Shown here: in pieces, positions 22,683 through 35,014 of the stretch
Layout of the letters: each line of letters begins with the position of its first letter
How positions within the stretch are numbered: the stretch's first letter is position 1
Assembly (NCBI GenBank): GCA_000934665.2
Contig: JYFJ02003903.1
Span: 1 to 36,518, forward strand
Reading direction: 5' to 3'
DNA from: Catajapyx aquilonaris
Lineage: Eukaryota
Length of the DNA: 36,518 nt
The notes under the pieces: generated by a model
Told to the model about the DNA's origin: nothing
Seen by the model: the letters and a program-made list of their open reading frames with translations, nothing else
Database searches by the model: none
Translations under genes and position numbers: made by a program

Positions 22683-23925
22683 AAAGTCCAGCACCTACTG
22701 CCTAGGGACCATGATGCAACATTTTGACAGTGATAGTGATAGAAAAAAATAATGGTTTTAAAAATGAACTATATTCTATTTAAGACTCAAGTATGTGCAA
22801 AATTAGTGATTCATACCCGTATCGAATACTAGATGTCGTAGGTGACACTGTGCATGACCATTATGCACAGGGATGCACGATGCAGGCGGAGGTTTATCCG
22901 AAATGACTCTTAAAACACTTTCATTCGTCTCCTTTTTAAACCGAATCGTTATAAAATACGCAGAGTCTCTGGAAATCAACATGCAAATGTTTTTTTATAC
23001 AAGTTGCATTAATAATACTGTATATCAACCCACTCACTGCCAGGAGGACTTTCTCTTGCAGTGACATGCTGTGCATGACAGCTCGATGACAGTGAGAGTG
23101 CATGAAGTCGAGAACGACATCGATACGAGATTATGTTACTGTACTTTTGTTACCCAGTTGTTAAAAACCATACTATTAAAAACAATGTAGGCCCTAAACG
23201 TTACTTCTAATTTTTAATAGTGTAATGGCAAACTTGTTGTTTGCTCTATAGTCTATATCAATGAAAAACCTACCATACCTTGTTGGTACTGTAGCCATAA
23301 CTTCAACCATGTTCTGAGGTTCGATGATCTGAGTTGGAGTTGGAGACTGAACAAAATGGCAATAATTCTTTTTAGTCGTCAATATTTCAGTTGAAGGCAC
23401 CAGTGTATTTCGATGTTCATCCTATGTATTCCATGATTTTTCATTAATAATAATACTGTAGTAACAAAAACAACAGGTAGTTGTGTAATTGACAAAATAT
23501 TTGGATTCGCAGAATACTCAGCCTACCGGTTAACTCTCCCCCCCCCCCCCCCCCNCCCCGGGTTTTTGAACCGTACATTTCATAGCGTCAGTTCACATCT
23601 TTAAAATGCCCACATGCAGTTCCGGTGTGCTCGGGTGCACTATGTTTTGAAGCATAATCTTGACAACATTTGTGCAGCTTCGGCTCCGTAATTCATTAAT
23701 AACTTCCGCCTCTGTGAGTCATTATTATACAACATCCGGTCTGCTTTGTGCTTATTTTGTTTGTTGTCTTGGAGGACACTGGTCGTATTAGGCTGCAGGT
23801 ATAAGGTTTTCGTGACGACTTTTCCCTTTATTCGAATGTTGTGCATTCACCTGGCATTATTTTCCGGATTGGTCTATAACCTGGTCCAATGAGAATATGA
23901 AAAGGAATTGCGGAGCCAGCAGGTT

Positions 23926-24257
23926 CATGTCATTGAGAATGTTTGGGCCACATTGCAGTCTGAGTCAGTGTTCAAAGAACCTCGGCCAACGCACACGGGA
24001 ACAGCTCAGCTCGTGTCCGAGAAGAGTGGCTGTCCTTGAATCAATATGATAATTATTGTAAAACTCACTGCGACAGTATGTTTTGGACGCAGGCTAGATC
24101 AGTGTTTGGAAAATGGCGGGAAACATATCAAATATTGAAAGGCAATTTTGTTAGCTCTTGAATAAAAGTGGTTCTGAGGTTATATCTGGTCTCATGTCGT
24201 TTATATCACGTTTAGAATCCCAAACCAGGGGGGGTCCGAAACTTTCCGTCCACCATG
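23926..24257 (+). pseudogene. Tc1 transposase C-terminal remnant plus 3' TIR
   Basis: VIENVWATL...EEW...DSM..RRLDQCLENGGKHIKY* (frameshifted), then gggtccgaaactttccgtccaccatg|TA. Confidence 0.7.
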
Positions 24258-25159
24258 TATGGCCAACGGCCGGCAGCGTATTCCTTAATTGGCCCAAACC
24301 AAGTCGAAAATGAAGGGCGGAGAAATGTCGAGGGGCCAACCTGTAACTAAGGTAGACGACCCAAAACATTGGCCTACCCCTAGACACAGGCGGCAACACA
24401 CACGACGCGACGCCTCTTTGTGAAAGATCTCCTGGCAGATGGACCAGCGCGCCTTACAGCCTTACAGGGGTTGCCTAGGGAGCAGGAGTGACCTTTGACA
24501 TGGAAGGCAACAATAAAAACGAAATTCATCGATTGCAGCATATCATACCAATTATTTTAGTTGAAACCCAACTGCCATCATTTTACTAATGTCATTTCCA
24601 CGTTTGCCCATTACAGGGTTAACAGAGCATGGGGGGGGGGGGGTGGATAAGGAGATACGTGAAAGAGATAGAAATGCACAGAGGCCAATCCCACACGAAA
24701 ATTTGTCTGTCTAAAATCGCGTCGACGTTCTGTGCATCCCCACTCACCTGATTCTTCCTTATCCTCCGGGCCCTCCTCCCTTCATCGCTTGCAGAGTTCG
24801 GCAGTCTCTGGCTTCGTCTCGGGTGGGACTCCTTGAGACTAACCACCCGGGGGAGTTCACAAAATGGCCAAGCATTTGGAACCAAGAAAAATGACACTTG
24901 CACTTGGCACATCCCCTCCCACTCATCCCTGCCCGTTACGAGAGTTATCATAACGGTATATTCTGAAGTTGTTGTTGGTAGATGGTTGGTGAAACTGCAT
25001 GCAGTGGATCAGTACTAACATGGTACTAACTGATAATTATGATATTAAGTGGTTTGTACGTTTGTTTGTTTGTTGTAAGGGAGGATCAAGTATTCTGACA
25101 ACTATGAGGGACCTACATTGCTGAAATGACTACTACTCGACGGCCACCTCTCGAATGAT

Positions 25160-25504
25160 GGGGCCGTCCAGACGGGCCGACCTTAGCCGCGGCCGGCACC
25201 GGCACCGGCCCCGGCACCGGCTTGCGGAGCCACGGCTGGCCACGGTACCGGTTCAGACGGGCACATATTTTAATAATAAGTAATAGTGACCGGTAGTCAT
25301 GGCAGCGACGAAAAACAAGTGACGCGCAGTATATCCGTCGCCGAGGCCAAGCCGTGGCCAAGCAGCGAGCCAACTTCCAGGAAGTCGGCCAACTTGGCCG
25401 ACTTCTGAGCCGTGGCCTGGCCGTGGCCTGGCCGTGGCCGTTGCCGTGTGAACCGTCGCGGCCTCGACCGGCCGCGGCTAAGGTCGGCCCGTCTGGACGG
25501 CCCC
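25160..25504. mobile_element. PIF/Harbinger-like MITE, followed by an extra solo TIR (25508-25537)
   Basis: TIR GGGGCCGTCCAGACGGGCCGACCTTAGCCGCGGCCGG at both ends; GC-rich internal repeats. Confidence 0.75.
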
Positions 25505-26837
25505 TATGGGGCCGTCCAGACGGGCCGACCTTAGCCGATATAGATACTGTAGCGGTCAACTATAATTAATATTGTATCACGTAAATGTCAGCGGGATCTG
25601 AGTAATGCATAAGCATATAAGTCAAAACTACCCGATAACAGGGGGAAGCGATGCCTGATGGTGTTTCTCTCTTTATCCGTGTCTTTCAGCAACTTATAAT
25701 CACATGAACCCATGAAAAAATTTAATTGAGAATTTTCTCGGAAGTAGCACCTGACAAGATTTTTTAAAAATGTAATCCTTAAATATGAGAAGAATGTCAA
25801 ATACTGAGGGACTTATGTAACGCTTTGAGGTACAGTTGTAGGCCTACTGATAAAATTGTTGCACCCTTTCCCCCATCTTCATAATATTTTCCCTACATAA
25901 ATTGATATTTTATTGTTAGGAAAAGTCTGTAGGCTACTTCCTACTTTACATAATTATACTGGGCTTACAATATTATTCCATATTTGCGTATGATGAACTT
26001 TTCTCCGTTTACTAATGTAAATAAACCTGTACAATATTGTGCTCCAACTAATTTTGTTAATATTATTTCGGGGCATTTGGGGCAATCAACAATGGGCCTA
26101 CGGAAGACACCTTGACCAAATATCCCCATCACTGTGGTGCATAGTCGCTTCTGCTACTGAAAGTGAAGACAGTAATTTCTGATAGCAGTGTTCCGGTATG
26201 CGCATGTTTTTTTATTAGTGCATCTTATGATTTATAAACAGAGATTTGGGCTATTGACTGCTGGGTCTCGTTGCTGGTTGCAAAGGGAGGCAGGTCACCT
26301 TGTAGTGCAAGGACTTGTAGTTCTGTCAGTGACATGTATATAGTTTGTCCATTTGCCTGCCTCGATGCGAGTGTTTCCAGTATTGTCGCCTAATGGACAT
26401 GAGGGTTGACATCCACCTCCATAGACGATACTTCCTTGGCAGAGGGACGAACTGCCACCAACGGCCGTCGACGGGTGGAGGATAGGCCTATGGCTGGCGC
26501 TTGCTGGACATCATCATGGATCGTGTCAAGGGAGGCGGTGGAGGCTGTTCGTTTCTTTGGCTCATCTATGTCCATAGGTTCCTAATAGGAAAGGAAAGAA
26601 CCTTCGTAAGTCCAGTGTTTACATTTGATGCAACATTCCTCATACCGCACATACCGAGGGGGTAAACTCACTCGACTGTAAAGTGTACACCAGACTACCA
26701 AATTCAAGGAGTGCCAAGGAGCACCAAAGGAGCACCTGTCTAAGGACCAGCCATTAGAGTATGGTATTATCGAGATCTGTTATAGACGAGGTTGTTATAT
26801 CCAGATTCAACCGTATCATCGATGATGATGAATATAT

Positions 26838-26905
<68 letters not shown>
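26838..26905. repeat. (GAT)n microsatellite between two outward-facing MITE-like termini
   Basis: Direct reading; gttatatccagattcaac at left and gttgaatccggatataac at right. Confidence 0.95.
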
Positions 26906-27562
26906 TTAGTTGAATCCGGATATAACAGCCTCGGCTGTAACAGACTTTCGGTTATAACAGACTGGAAAGTCTGGTCCCTCCATCCTTCCATAACGCCCTG
27001 TGTATTTTACTCCCGATATAAGAGACTAATTTCACCTCATCATCTCAACGATAACAAACCATTTTTTGGCCCCTTGCCGGTGGAAAAATATGCTGTTTTT
27101 GATTATTTAACTATACCTTTTCCAAGCGAGGAAGACTTACCTCAGGTTGAGGAGAGTTGGGATCGTATGAGGCTGCCATGTATGAAGGGTATGGAGAATT
27201 TTTTGGAGTTCCGACCAGGTCTAAATACTTTGTATAAAAAATGTCGTTTTTATTGACTAATGTGTTAATGCCTGGAAACATCGTCAAGGCAGCAAGAACA
27301 GTATGCGACATGTGATCAGGGTAGTCAGGACCTTGATTGCTTATTGTTGTCGCTTTGAATTTGCCACTGACAAGGTCTGACTACCTCCGATGTAAATTTG
27401 ACTCTAGCAGAAAGAAGGCTGACCAGGGATCCACTTGTCTTCATCTTAGATCTTAGTAGACCCACATCCATAATAAATACAGTGTTAAAGCTATTCCCAC
27501 AGGATATTTTGGTGCTAATACGCTGCTCTGCACTACAGGGTCTTCATGTTCTACTCCCTCCC

Positions 27563-27945
27563 TGCCGTTGTGGAGAGACGTTTGAAGATGATGACTGGGT
27601 TAAATGTGGGTAATGTCGGGAGTGGTTACATGAGGCATGTTCTGGCTATGAGGGTTTTTGCCCTTTTATTTGTGACTGTTGGTAGGTGCGAATTCTTAGC
27701 CTATACCTCATTAGTAGACTACTCTTACCCTCCATGTCGGACAAGGGTAGGCAAGTGTCCTCAACGAGGATTTTATATTTTATCTCAGAATTCCTTTTGT
27801 TTTTTTTGCATTTTCACTTATATAATCATTTGATAATATAATATGCGGACATCATTATACCCAAAGTTTTTGCAAATTAGATGGAAAATAAAATATTTAT
27901 GAAGAAAAACAAATAAGGCGCGTACTCTTACCCTCCTTTCTCATA
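27563..27945 (+). pseudogene. PHD-finger C-terminus and 3' end of a pogo-like transposon remnant
   Basis: 27563-27685 reads CRCGETFEDDDWVKCG*CREWLHEACSG...FICDCW* (one internal stop); actcttaccctcc repeated at 27721 and 27924. Confidence 0.55.
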
Positions 27946-28269
27946 TAGGCTAGAGTAGTACTTATGTGTATAAGTGACAAAGATCGAAAGATGACTCATG
28001 ACTCATGAGTGACCACATCGGCCAACCAAATGTAGCCTACCTACTACCGGTACTGCCACCTGTCTATCCTGATAATGTTTTGTCCCGATCTGATTTAAAA
28101 CGTGCTGGCTCAACATCTCAATTGTAAAAATAATTCAAATTATAGATGGCCGTCACGTTTTCGCGAGTGTCAATTAGCCTAATACAGTCGAAATCTCTGA
28201 GATATCTTAACGATTTGAGGATGGGCAATAGATTAAACTGTGTTGATGCTAAATTATCCAAAATGTGAA

Positions 28270-28324
28270 CCACCGTTAATTTGGTCCCTTGAGATGTCAT
28301 CTCAAGGGACCAAATTAAAGGTGG
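28270..28324. repeat. Near-perfect palindrome, 27-bp arms, 1-nt centre
   Basis: Centre 28297; one mismatch. Confidence 0.95.
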
Positions 28325-28955
28325 CGCCCCGTTGCCAGATCGGAATAACTTTTTCTCCGAGATAGCTATTTAGGTTAACATTTCAGAAATATTTGAGATA
28401 TTTTAACGATATGAGAGGGAAGACCACCGATTGGCCAGTACAAGAATTTAAACGTTCTCCCTCTCAGCTCCCTCTGGGCAAAAGTCAGCCACGTGGCTCA
28501 GTATGCGCGCCATCTGTCCGTGTCCGTTAGTCGCAACGGATTACCGAGGAATGATGGCGGAGGGAGGCACGCCGGTTCAGTGATAATCGGCACGAATATC
28601 CAGAGGCATCGCCGTGTTCCTGCTGGAAATCGGCCCAAAATCACCCGGCATCATTACCGGCCGCTGCTGCTCCTGGGATGGGTACAATCATTGCGCCTGG
28701 TTCTGGGTTGGTGCCAACGCTGATGGGTGAGTGCTCAGTACGGGAATGTGCATGCACCAACAGACCCAGGAATTCTGTGTGCATGACTGTCCGATAAATG
28801 CAAACACAAATGGACGGTGCTATGCAATAATGTGTCAACGCACAAAAATGTCACAATTGAGTTAAGCCTAGGAACATATGATACCCAAGGGATCGTACTT
28901 CATTCAGTTGAAATCAAACTTCCAAAATCTGAATACTTCTGCCAAAAATGACCGA

Positions 28956-29395
28956 AAAGGACATGAATTATTTTCACAGGTGTGACATTCAAAGCCCTTT
29001 TTCTCAAAACGGTTCTCACGTGGGTTGACTCGTTATTGGATAACACCGTCCAAATATGCCTTGATAATTACCTGTGCACTATTCTCGGGCAAGGAGATGA
29101 GTTTTGCTGGAAACTTGGGTCAGTCCCTGTGTCTGACCCATATGGCTGATGGCAAGGGTATCATATAGGAACCAGAAAGGACATGAATTATTTTCACAGG
29201 TGTGACATTCAAAGCCCTTTTTCTCAAAACGGTTCTCACGTGGGTTGACTCGTTATTGGATAACACCGTCCAAATATGCCTTGATAATTACCTATGCACT
29301 ATTCTCGGGCAAGGAGATGAGTTTTGCTGGAAACTTGGGTCAGTCCCTGTGTCTGACCCATATGGCTGATGGCAAGGGTATCATATAGGAACCAG
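28956..29395. repeat. Tandem duplication, 2 x 220 bp
   Basis: 28956-29175 equals 29176-29395 except G/A at 29074/29294. Confidence 0.95.
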
Positions 29396-30467
29396 ATCTC
29401 AGCATGCCCAATAAGTTATGACCAGGGTTGAGATCAGGTTGGGGAGAGCAGGGCAGGCTTGGCTGTGGGACATGTTGCCCCAAATCTGCTGGCTAACTGG
29501 CTTAATAATAATTGATCTATCATTCCAAACATCCCTCAAACCCTAGTATACAGTATGTAGCCAGCCTGCTTTTGGGTTCCAGAAGAAGGGAAATGAAGGT
29601 AACAACTTCAGCACTCTACTGATGAAAATAATGCAGAATGATCCCAGTCACACTACTCTATATGGTCAAAAATGAGTTAGGCATTGTGAAATGCAGTCCA
29701 TAACACATATTAGCTATTGGTAAAGACATTTTTCTTATATGCCAATAATTATTATTATTACAGTCCCATATAGATAAATATTAGAAAATAAATTTTCCCA
29801 TGAGGGATAATAATGCACTCTTGAAACCTCAACCCATCACACCTGGAAGTGAATCAAATGTGTGACCCTGATCATTCTGGATTTCAGGTAAATTTTATTG
29901 TTCAAGTAACCTACCCTTTGACATGGTATGAGAATATTACCTTAGCATGAAAATTTAAATTAAACAGGAACTCTCAAGCCCAAGAAATAGAGCTAAAAGG
30001 AAGGTCAGAGAAACACAATGAGTGTGGCATGTAAAATTCTCTGCAAACCAGTTACTTAGGATAAAGCAAGCATACATTTTTGATGCTAAGTCAAATATGG
30101 CATAATAAATACTGTAACGATGTAACGATATTATAACAGTGTTTTCCAATAACAAGAAATATTTATCCATAATTGTCACTTCTTATTAACAAAACTTGCC
30201 ACCAGGGATGTTATAAAATATATTTTCAGGTTAGGGACTGGTATACGAGTGCAAAGAATTTCATGCATTACCGCCATGCAGTAGCCTACCTCCACAATAA
30301 GTAATAATTAATAGAAAGAGCTAATTAGCTCTTGGTAATAAGTAAATCAACACAATCCGACATGAAAAGGAACTTGATTAATCATGTTACACATAATTAA
30401 GTTAATATCTGATGTAATAAATATTTTGGTTTAAAATCTTTGATGAACTGAAACAAGTTATAATTCA

Positions 30468-30535
30468 GATTGATTGATTGATTGATTGATTAATGGTTTA
30501 ATGGCGCAACAGCAGCAATGGCTATACTGCGCCAA
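30468..30535 (-). mobile_element. Extreme 3' end of a LINE/SINE: stem-loop plus (CAAT)n tail
   Basis: Minus strand TGGCGCAG...TGCGCCATTAAACCATTAATCAATCAATC... Confidence 0.5.
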
Positions 30536-30886
30536 GCACCTGTGACGTTGTAGGGGAGGGCAGGCAATACCACCCCAACCCCAACGCCAACTGAACAAAA
30601 TGTGTTTTTTAATTTTTTTAATTTGTTTAAAAAAAAGAGACAATTAATTAATTAATTAATTACTTATCTCATTTAAAAAATAAATAAATAATAAATAATA
30701 ATAAAAACACACATTTTTAGCAATTGTTATCTTACAGGTGTTATAGGTATAGAAAATTAGGATGTACCCTACATGTAACTGTAGAATAATATTAAGTAAA
30801 TCCAACACATTCTGGGTTTTCTTCATTCTCTAAAGTTAGAGGTCACCTGCCAACAACTGTGGTACCATGATTGTGATACTAGAGTT

Positions 30887-30937
30887 CAGTAACCCATGAG
30901 AAATTCCATGGGCCACGGAATTTCTCATGGGTTACTG
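30887..30937. repeat. Near-perfect palindrome, 25-bp arms, 1-nt centre
   Basis: cagtaacccatgagaaattccatgg-g-ccacggaatttctcatgggttactg, one mismatch. Confidence 0.92.
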
Positions 30938-31940
30938 TATGATAATCATGGGAAGCACCAGGGATGACCCTGACAGGGGGTCAGCTCTTTCCCATCACTG
31001 GCTCACTGCCATTGTTATATGAGAATAAGCAGTCTATTAGCCCCCACCCCCACATCTACTAAGAGCACATGTATAGTAGGCAAGTTTATGATAGTAAAAT
31101 AATAAGATAGGTATTTTGTAGGACAACCATATTTCGGTGGACAGAGAGATTTTTTGTTGAAAATGTGCATAATAATGGGAATGAGAACATCTGAAGCCTT
31201 GAAAGTAGAAATGTTGTGAATTTGCAATATTTTTGACGTCAAACGGCTGCAGGAAGTGATTATGAAAAGTTCTGAAATGTATTTTTTTTTTGTCATAGAA
31301 ATGGTCAATGAGGTTTATGATCTATGTTGATGATTATTAATATCACGAACTTATGAGATTTCCCATTGTAATGTCCCATGCTACTGTCTGACGACCATAA
31401 GAGCGAGCTTTTTGGTCAATCCTTCCGCCGAATGCAGGGTTGTGATCTGCCTCGAAAGTAGTACGCATTTGTTCTCTCCGTAAGGACCAGGTAAGGACAG
31501 CCACGGGACAGCAGTCAGCTGCGAGGCAGGGTGGGAAATAAGGACAGAGGGGTAACAGCGTAGGAATTATTAAGGCAGTTAGGGTTCGCGCTAGTGATTG
31601 GAACACCATTGGAAGCTGTGTGGACGGGGAAACGACTCGGTACTCGGTAGGGGTATAGGCACGGGAGATCAGTGGATGAGGAATCACGCGGTGAGGTCCG
31701 GCAGCAGAACGAGCAGATTTTCCATGTTCCATCATGGCCGCCGGCGCCGGGAAAAAAAGGAGGAGGGAGGAACCTCGGAATGGCGCAGGTTCTCAGCGTC
31801 GTGTTGCTTTTGTTGCTAATGGTTCGGTGATGCTAAATTAACACCCTAATAACATGTATTACCACTGCAGCTTCGGTAATGAGCGAGATACGGGGGACTA
31901 ATTTTTCAGGCGTAAGGACGCCAGTGGAAAGGTGGCCAGA

Positions 31941-32832
31941 CACGGAAATTCTCCACAGCTTTTAATCCTGTTTTTGCATTCTTTTAAAATGATTATTATC
32001 AGTTTCGATAGCATGAAGTGGTAAATGGTCCGTTCAATCAGGATATTTATAATGGTTCAATTGTAGGGCTCAAAATACGTCCATACAGGCGCCAAATTCC
32101 ACCACGTAAAACACCCCGATCTGGCAACGACAGCAGGTACAGAGAAATCAAAATTTTGTACTCTACAGCGTATTTCCGAAACCGGCCTTTTCTTTTGTAC
32201 AGTTAAGGTCAACTCTTATAATCACGGTCATATAAGTAAGGTCTGGTCACTACCACCCATCCCCTGCCGGGGCGTTTTTCAGCGGGTGCTCACCTGAGAG
32301 CGCCATGAGACATTTCGGAGTCCAGGTAAGTGGCGACCCTATCGGATTAGGCAGCCGGCGGCCATGTTGTGCCAGCATGTAGCGCTTCCGAGCGCTTCAA
32401 TTTCGTACCTATAAAGTTCAGCCTAGTCCGGTAGGGGCGCCACTTACCTGGGCTCCGAAATGTCTCATGGCGCTCTCAGGTGAGCACCCGCTGAAAAACG
32501 CCCCGGCAGGGGATGGGTGGTAGTGACCAGACCTTACTTATATGACCGTGATTATAAGAGTTGACCTTAACTGTACAAAAGAAAAGGCCGGTTTCGGAAA
32601 TACGCTGTAGAGTACAAAATTTTGATTTCTCTGTACCTGCTGTCGTTGCCAGATCGGGGTGTTTTACGTGGTGGAATTTGGCGCCTGTATGGACGTATTT
32701 TGAGCCCTACAATTGAACCATTATAAATATCCTGATTGAACGGACCATTTACCACTTCATGCTATCGAAACTGATAATAATCATTTTAAAAGAATGCAAA
32801 AACAGGATTAAAAGCTGTGGAGAATTTCCGTG
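31941..32832. repeat. Large inverted duplication (380-bp identical arms) centred on a fold-back element
   Basis: 31941-32320 is the reverse complement of 32453-32832 (paired coordinates sum to 64773; mirrored identical 62-aa ORFs); core 32263-32533 belongs to the 810-1155 family. Confidence 0.95.
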
Positions 32833-32912
32833 GCGCTTTTAGGTGACACCCGATGCAAAATTCCTCAGCAGGTGATAACACCAGAATGTAGTATAAGTGT
32901 CCGGGGTCTGCT
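32833..32912 (-). mobile_element. Diverged partial copy of the 810-1155 fold-back family
   Basis: Reverse complement cagaccccggacacttatactacattctggtgttatcacctgctgaggaattttgca...gcgc matches ~812-890. Confidence 0.65.
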
Positions 32913-33104
32913 TATAGTCGTCGGAGAGTACGGTATGCCATGTACAGTACCCTGCATTAATGGCCATGCACAGACATCGCCACCTGTCCCAGAACGAGCG
33001 GAAATAGGCGTCGGTGAGGTGCGTCCAAAATACTTGGACAGCTCAAGATATAGCGGTAGATTCAAACTCTTGCTACAAAGATGGATCACAGCGGATCACA
33101 GATA

Positions 33105-34036
33105 CGAGGAGTGATCAAAAAGTAAGGTCTCCAAGGCTGTAACCTTTATTCTGTATGAACACAAATGACGAAACTTACAGGGTACATGAGGACAATGGAC
33201 ATCTACTTTTCTACATAGTTTCCACACCGAAGAACGCACTTCTCCCATCGCCAGACCAGTTTCTCAATCCCTTCCCAATAGAAAGGGGTGCCCTGTTGAC
33301 AGCACCAGTCACACGCAGCCTTCTTCACCTCATCGTCGCTTCGGAAATGTTGACCTGCCATGTCTGCTCTCAGGGCTCTGAATAAGTGATAGTCTGTGAG
33401 GGATAGGTCGGGACTATAGGGTGTGTGAGGAAGAACTTCCCAGTCGTATCCATTCAGCAAAGCCATGGTGTCCCTCGATGTGTCCGGACGGGCGTTGTCG
33501 TGGAGAAGGATGACCCCAGCAGTGAGCAATCCTGGTCGTTTCCACCTGATGGGCTTCTGCAACTTCGCCAGGGTCACTGCGCTCCGAATTGATAGTCGCA
33601 ACTTCCAGGATTGCTCACTGCTGGGGTCATCCTTCTCCACGACAACGCCTCTCCGGACACATCGAGGGACATCATGGCTTTGCTGAATGGATACGACTGG
33701 GAAGTTCTTCCTCACACACCCTATAGTCCCGACCTAGCCCTCACAGACTATCACTTATTCAGAGCCCTGATGAAAGTAGACATGGCAGGTCAGCATTTCC
33801 GAAGCGACGATGAGGTGAAGAAGGCTGCGTGACTGGTGCTGTCAACAGGGCACCCCTTTCTATTCGGAAGGGATTGAGAAACTGGTCTGGCGATGGGATA
33901 AGAGCGTTCTTCGGTGTGGAAACTATGTAGTAAAGTAGATGTCCATTGTCCTCATGTACCCTGTAAGTTTCGTCATTTCTGTTCGTAGAGAATAAAGGTT
34001 ACAGCCTTGGAGACCTTACTTTTTGATCACTCCTCG
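33105..34036. mobile_element. mariner (DD34D) fold-back derivative made of two inverted 3' halves
   Basis: TA|CGAGGAGTGATCAAAAAGTAAGG TIRs; both arms encode LLHDNA...YSPDL..TDYHLF...NYV; arms 33105-33535 and 33605-34036 around a 69-bp loop. Confidence 0.92.
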
Positions 34037-34422
34037 TATATCTGTGGGATGAATATTATAAGGCCATTGCGATTCCTATCAATGTATTGAGGTTGTGAAC
34101 CAGTTATTACACGGACCAGGACCCGTATTCTGGACCCGTATTCTGGCCAAAAGGCGCGCGCAAGAGGTTTGTCGAATGCGCGCGGTGACGTATGCCTCCG
34201 AAGGGGCTGGCCTGAGAGAGTGGCAAGGCCGCAAAGCCGCACGGCAAGCCGCGCGACGTTTGGTGGTATCGAGAGATGATATCAGTAGGTGCGGCCCTGC
34301 TTCGGGATAACGTGAGTGAGGGCCAATCAGGGATGGCGAGTTCCAGCGCCACCAGCCGACTGCCGGCGGGGCATTCAAATGTTATGACTCAAAATAGGTG
34401 GGGGGCTTTGCTGCACTTATAC

Positions 34423-34552
34423 CTTCAGGATGGCCTTTGTCACCACAGTTATTTGCCTTGCTAACCGTGGGCTGGGGAACGCCATGGCAAATATTAGCTC
34501 CGACATCATCCTGGTAGCTCCCTCCAGCATAGAACCGAAGGGCTATCAGCAC
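34423..34552 (-). pseudogene. Harbinger (HARBI1-like) transposase exon 2
   Basis: Acceptor ctctgtcacag|; VLIALRFYAGGSYQDDVGANICHGVPQPTVSKA, +1 frameshift, then ITVVTKAILK|gtataag. Confidence 0.8.
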
Positions 34553-34728
34553 CTGTGACAGAGCAGCCTCATTATTCCAATGTGGGCATTACTCAATACT
34601 GATGCAATGCCTAAAGCAAGGGACATTTCATGAACCACGAGGACTTGTTTTTGACACTGCCATGGCCATATTTCCGCTGCTTCATGTCACACCGTGCTTG
34701 CCATGAAAGATACTTTTATATAAATGTA

Positions 34729-35014
34729 AGGTAAAGTGGGGGAAGTGCACAATCGGGGGAAGTGCATCTCTGGTTGCTAGCTGGGGATGTGTGAAAGGTA
34801 TTGCTGCGCCATGTGTCGTCGTACTAGTGAATACTATGGTCTTGTAATCTGGCACAAGAGGGCAGGTTTACCTGCCCTTTTTGTCCAGTGTCTTAGTAAT
34901 GGACAGGAGTAACGGCAGGCAAAATTTCATTCAGATACAAGGAACAGGTGGGATGCGATAGATGATTTAAAGTGATCTATTACAAAACAGGGGTGCACTT
35001 CCCCCACTTTACCT
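34729..35014. mobile_element. TA-target MITE in the Harbinger transposase intron
   Basis: Perfect 22-bp TIR AGGTAAAGTGGGGGAAGTGCAC with TA on both sides. Confidence 0.85.

Noticed and set aside
4543..23555. Single N bases at 4543, 6617 and 23555 as biological signals
   Set aside because: All sit in homopolymer runs and look like consensus ambiguity; they only show that local assembly quality needs checking
23530..24622. piggyBac element bounded by TTAACTCT and AGGGTTAA
   Set aside because: The match does not extend beyond a few bases; no TIR support
26767..27256. Poly-Met and poly-Ile ORFs
   Set aside because: Translation of the (GAT)n tract and flanking MITE sequence
28468..28726. GC-rich exon-like segment with good AG and GT sites (possible further huntingtin exon)
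   Set aside because: I found no convincing open frame between the sites and no recognisable similarity
28956..29395. CRISPR-like or satellite array
   Set aside because: Only two contiguous units, no spacers, eukaryotic context
31343..31735. 130-aa minus-strand ORF
   Set aside because: No recognisable domain or splice context; probably TE-derived GC-richer sequence
32018..32755. Two identical 62-aa ORFs as a duplicated small gene
   Set aside because: GTG-start chance ORF mirrored by the inverted duplication; no protein features
29619..33775. Hammerhead ribozyme cores at CTGATGA motifs (near 29619 and 33767)
   Set aside because: No flanking stems with a correctly placed GAAA; the second lies in mariner coding sequence
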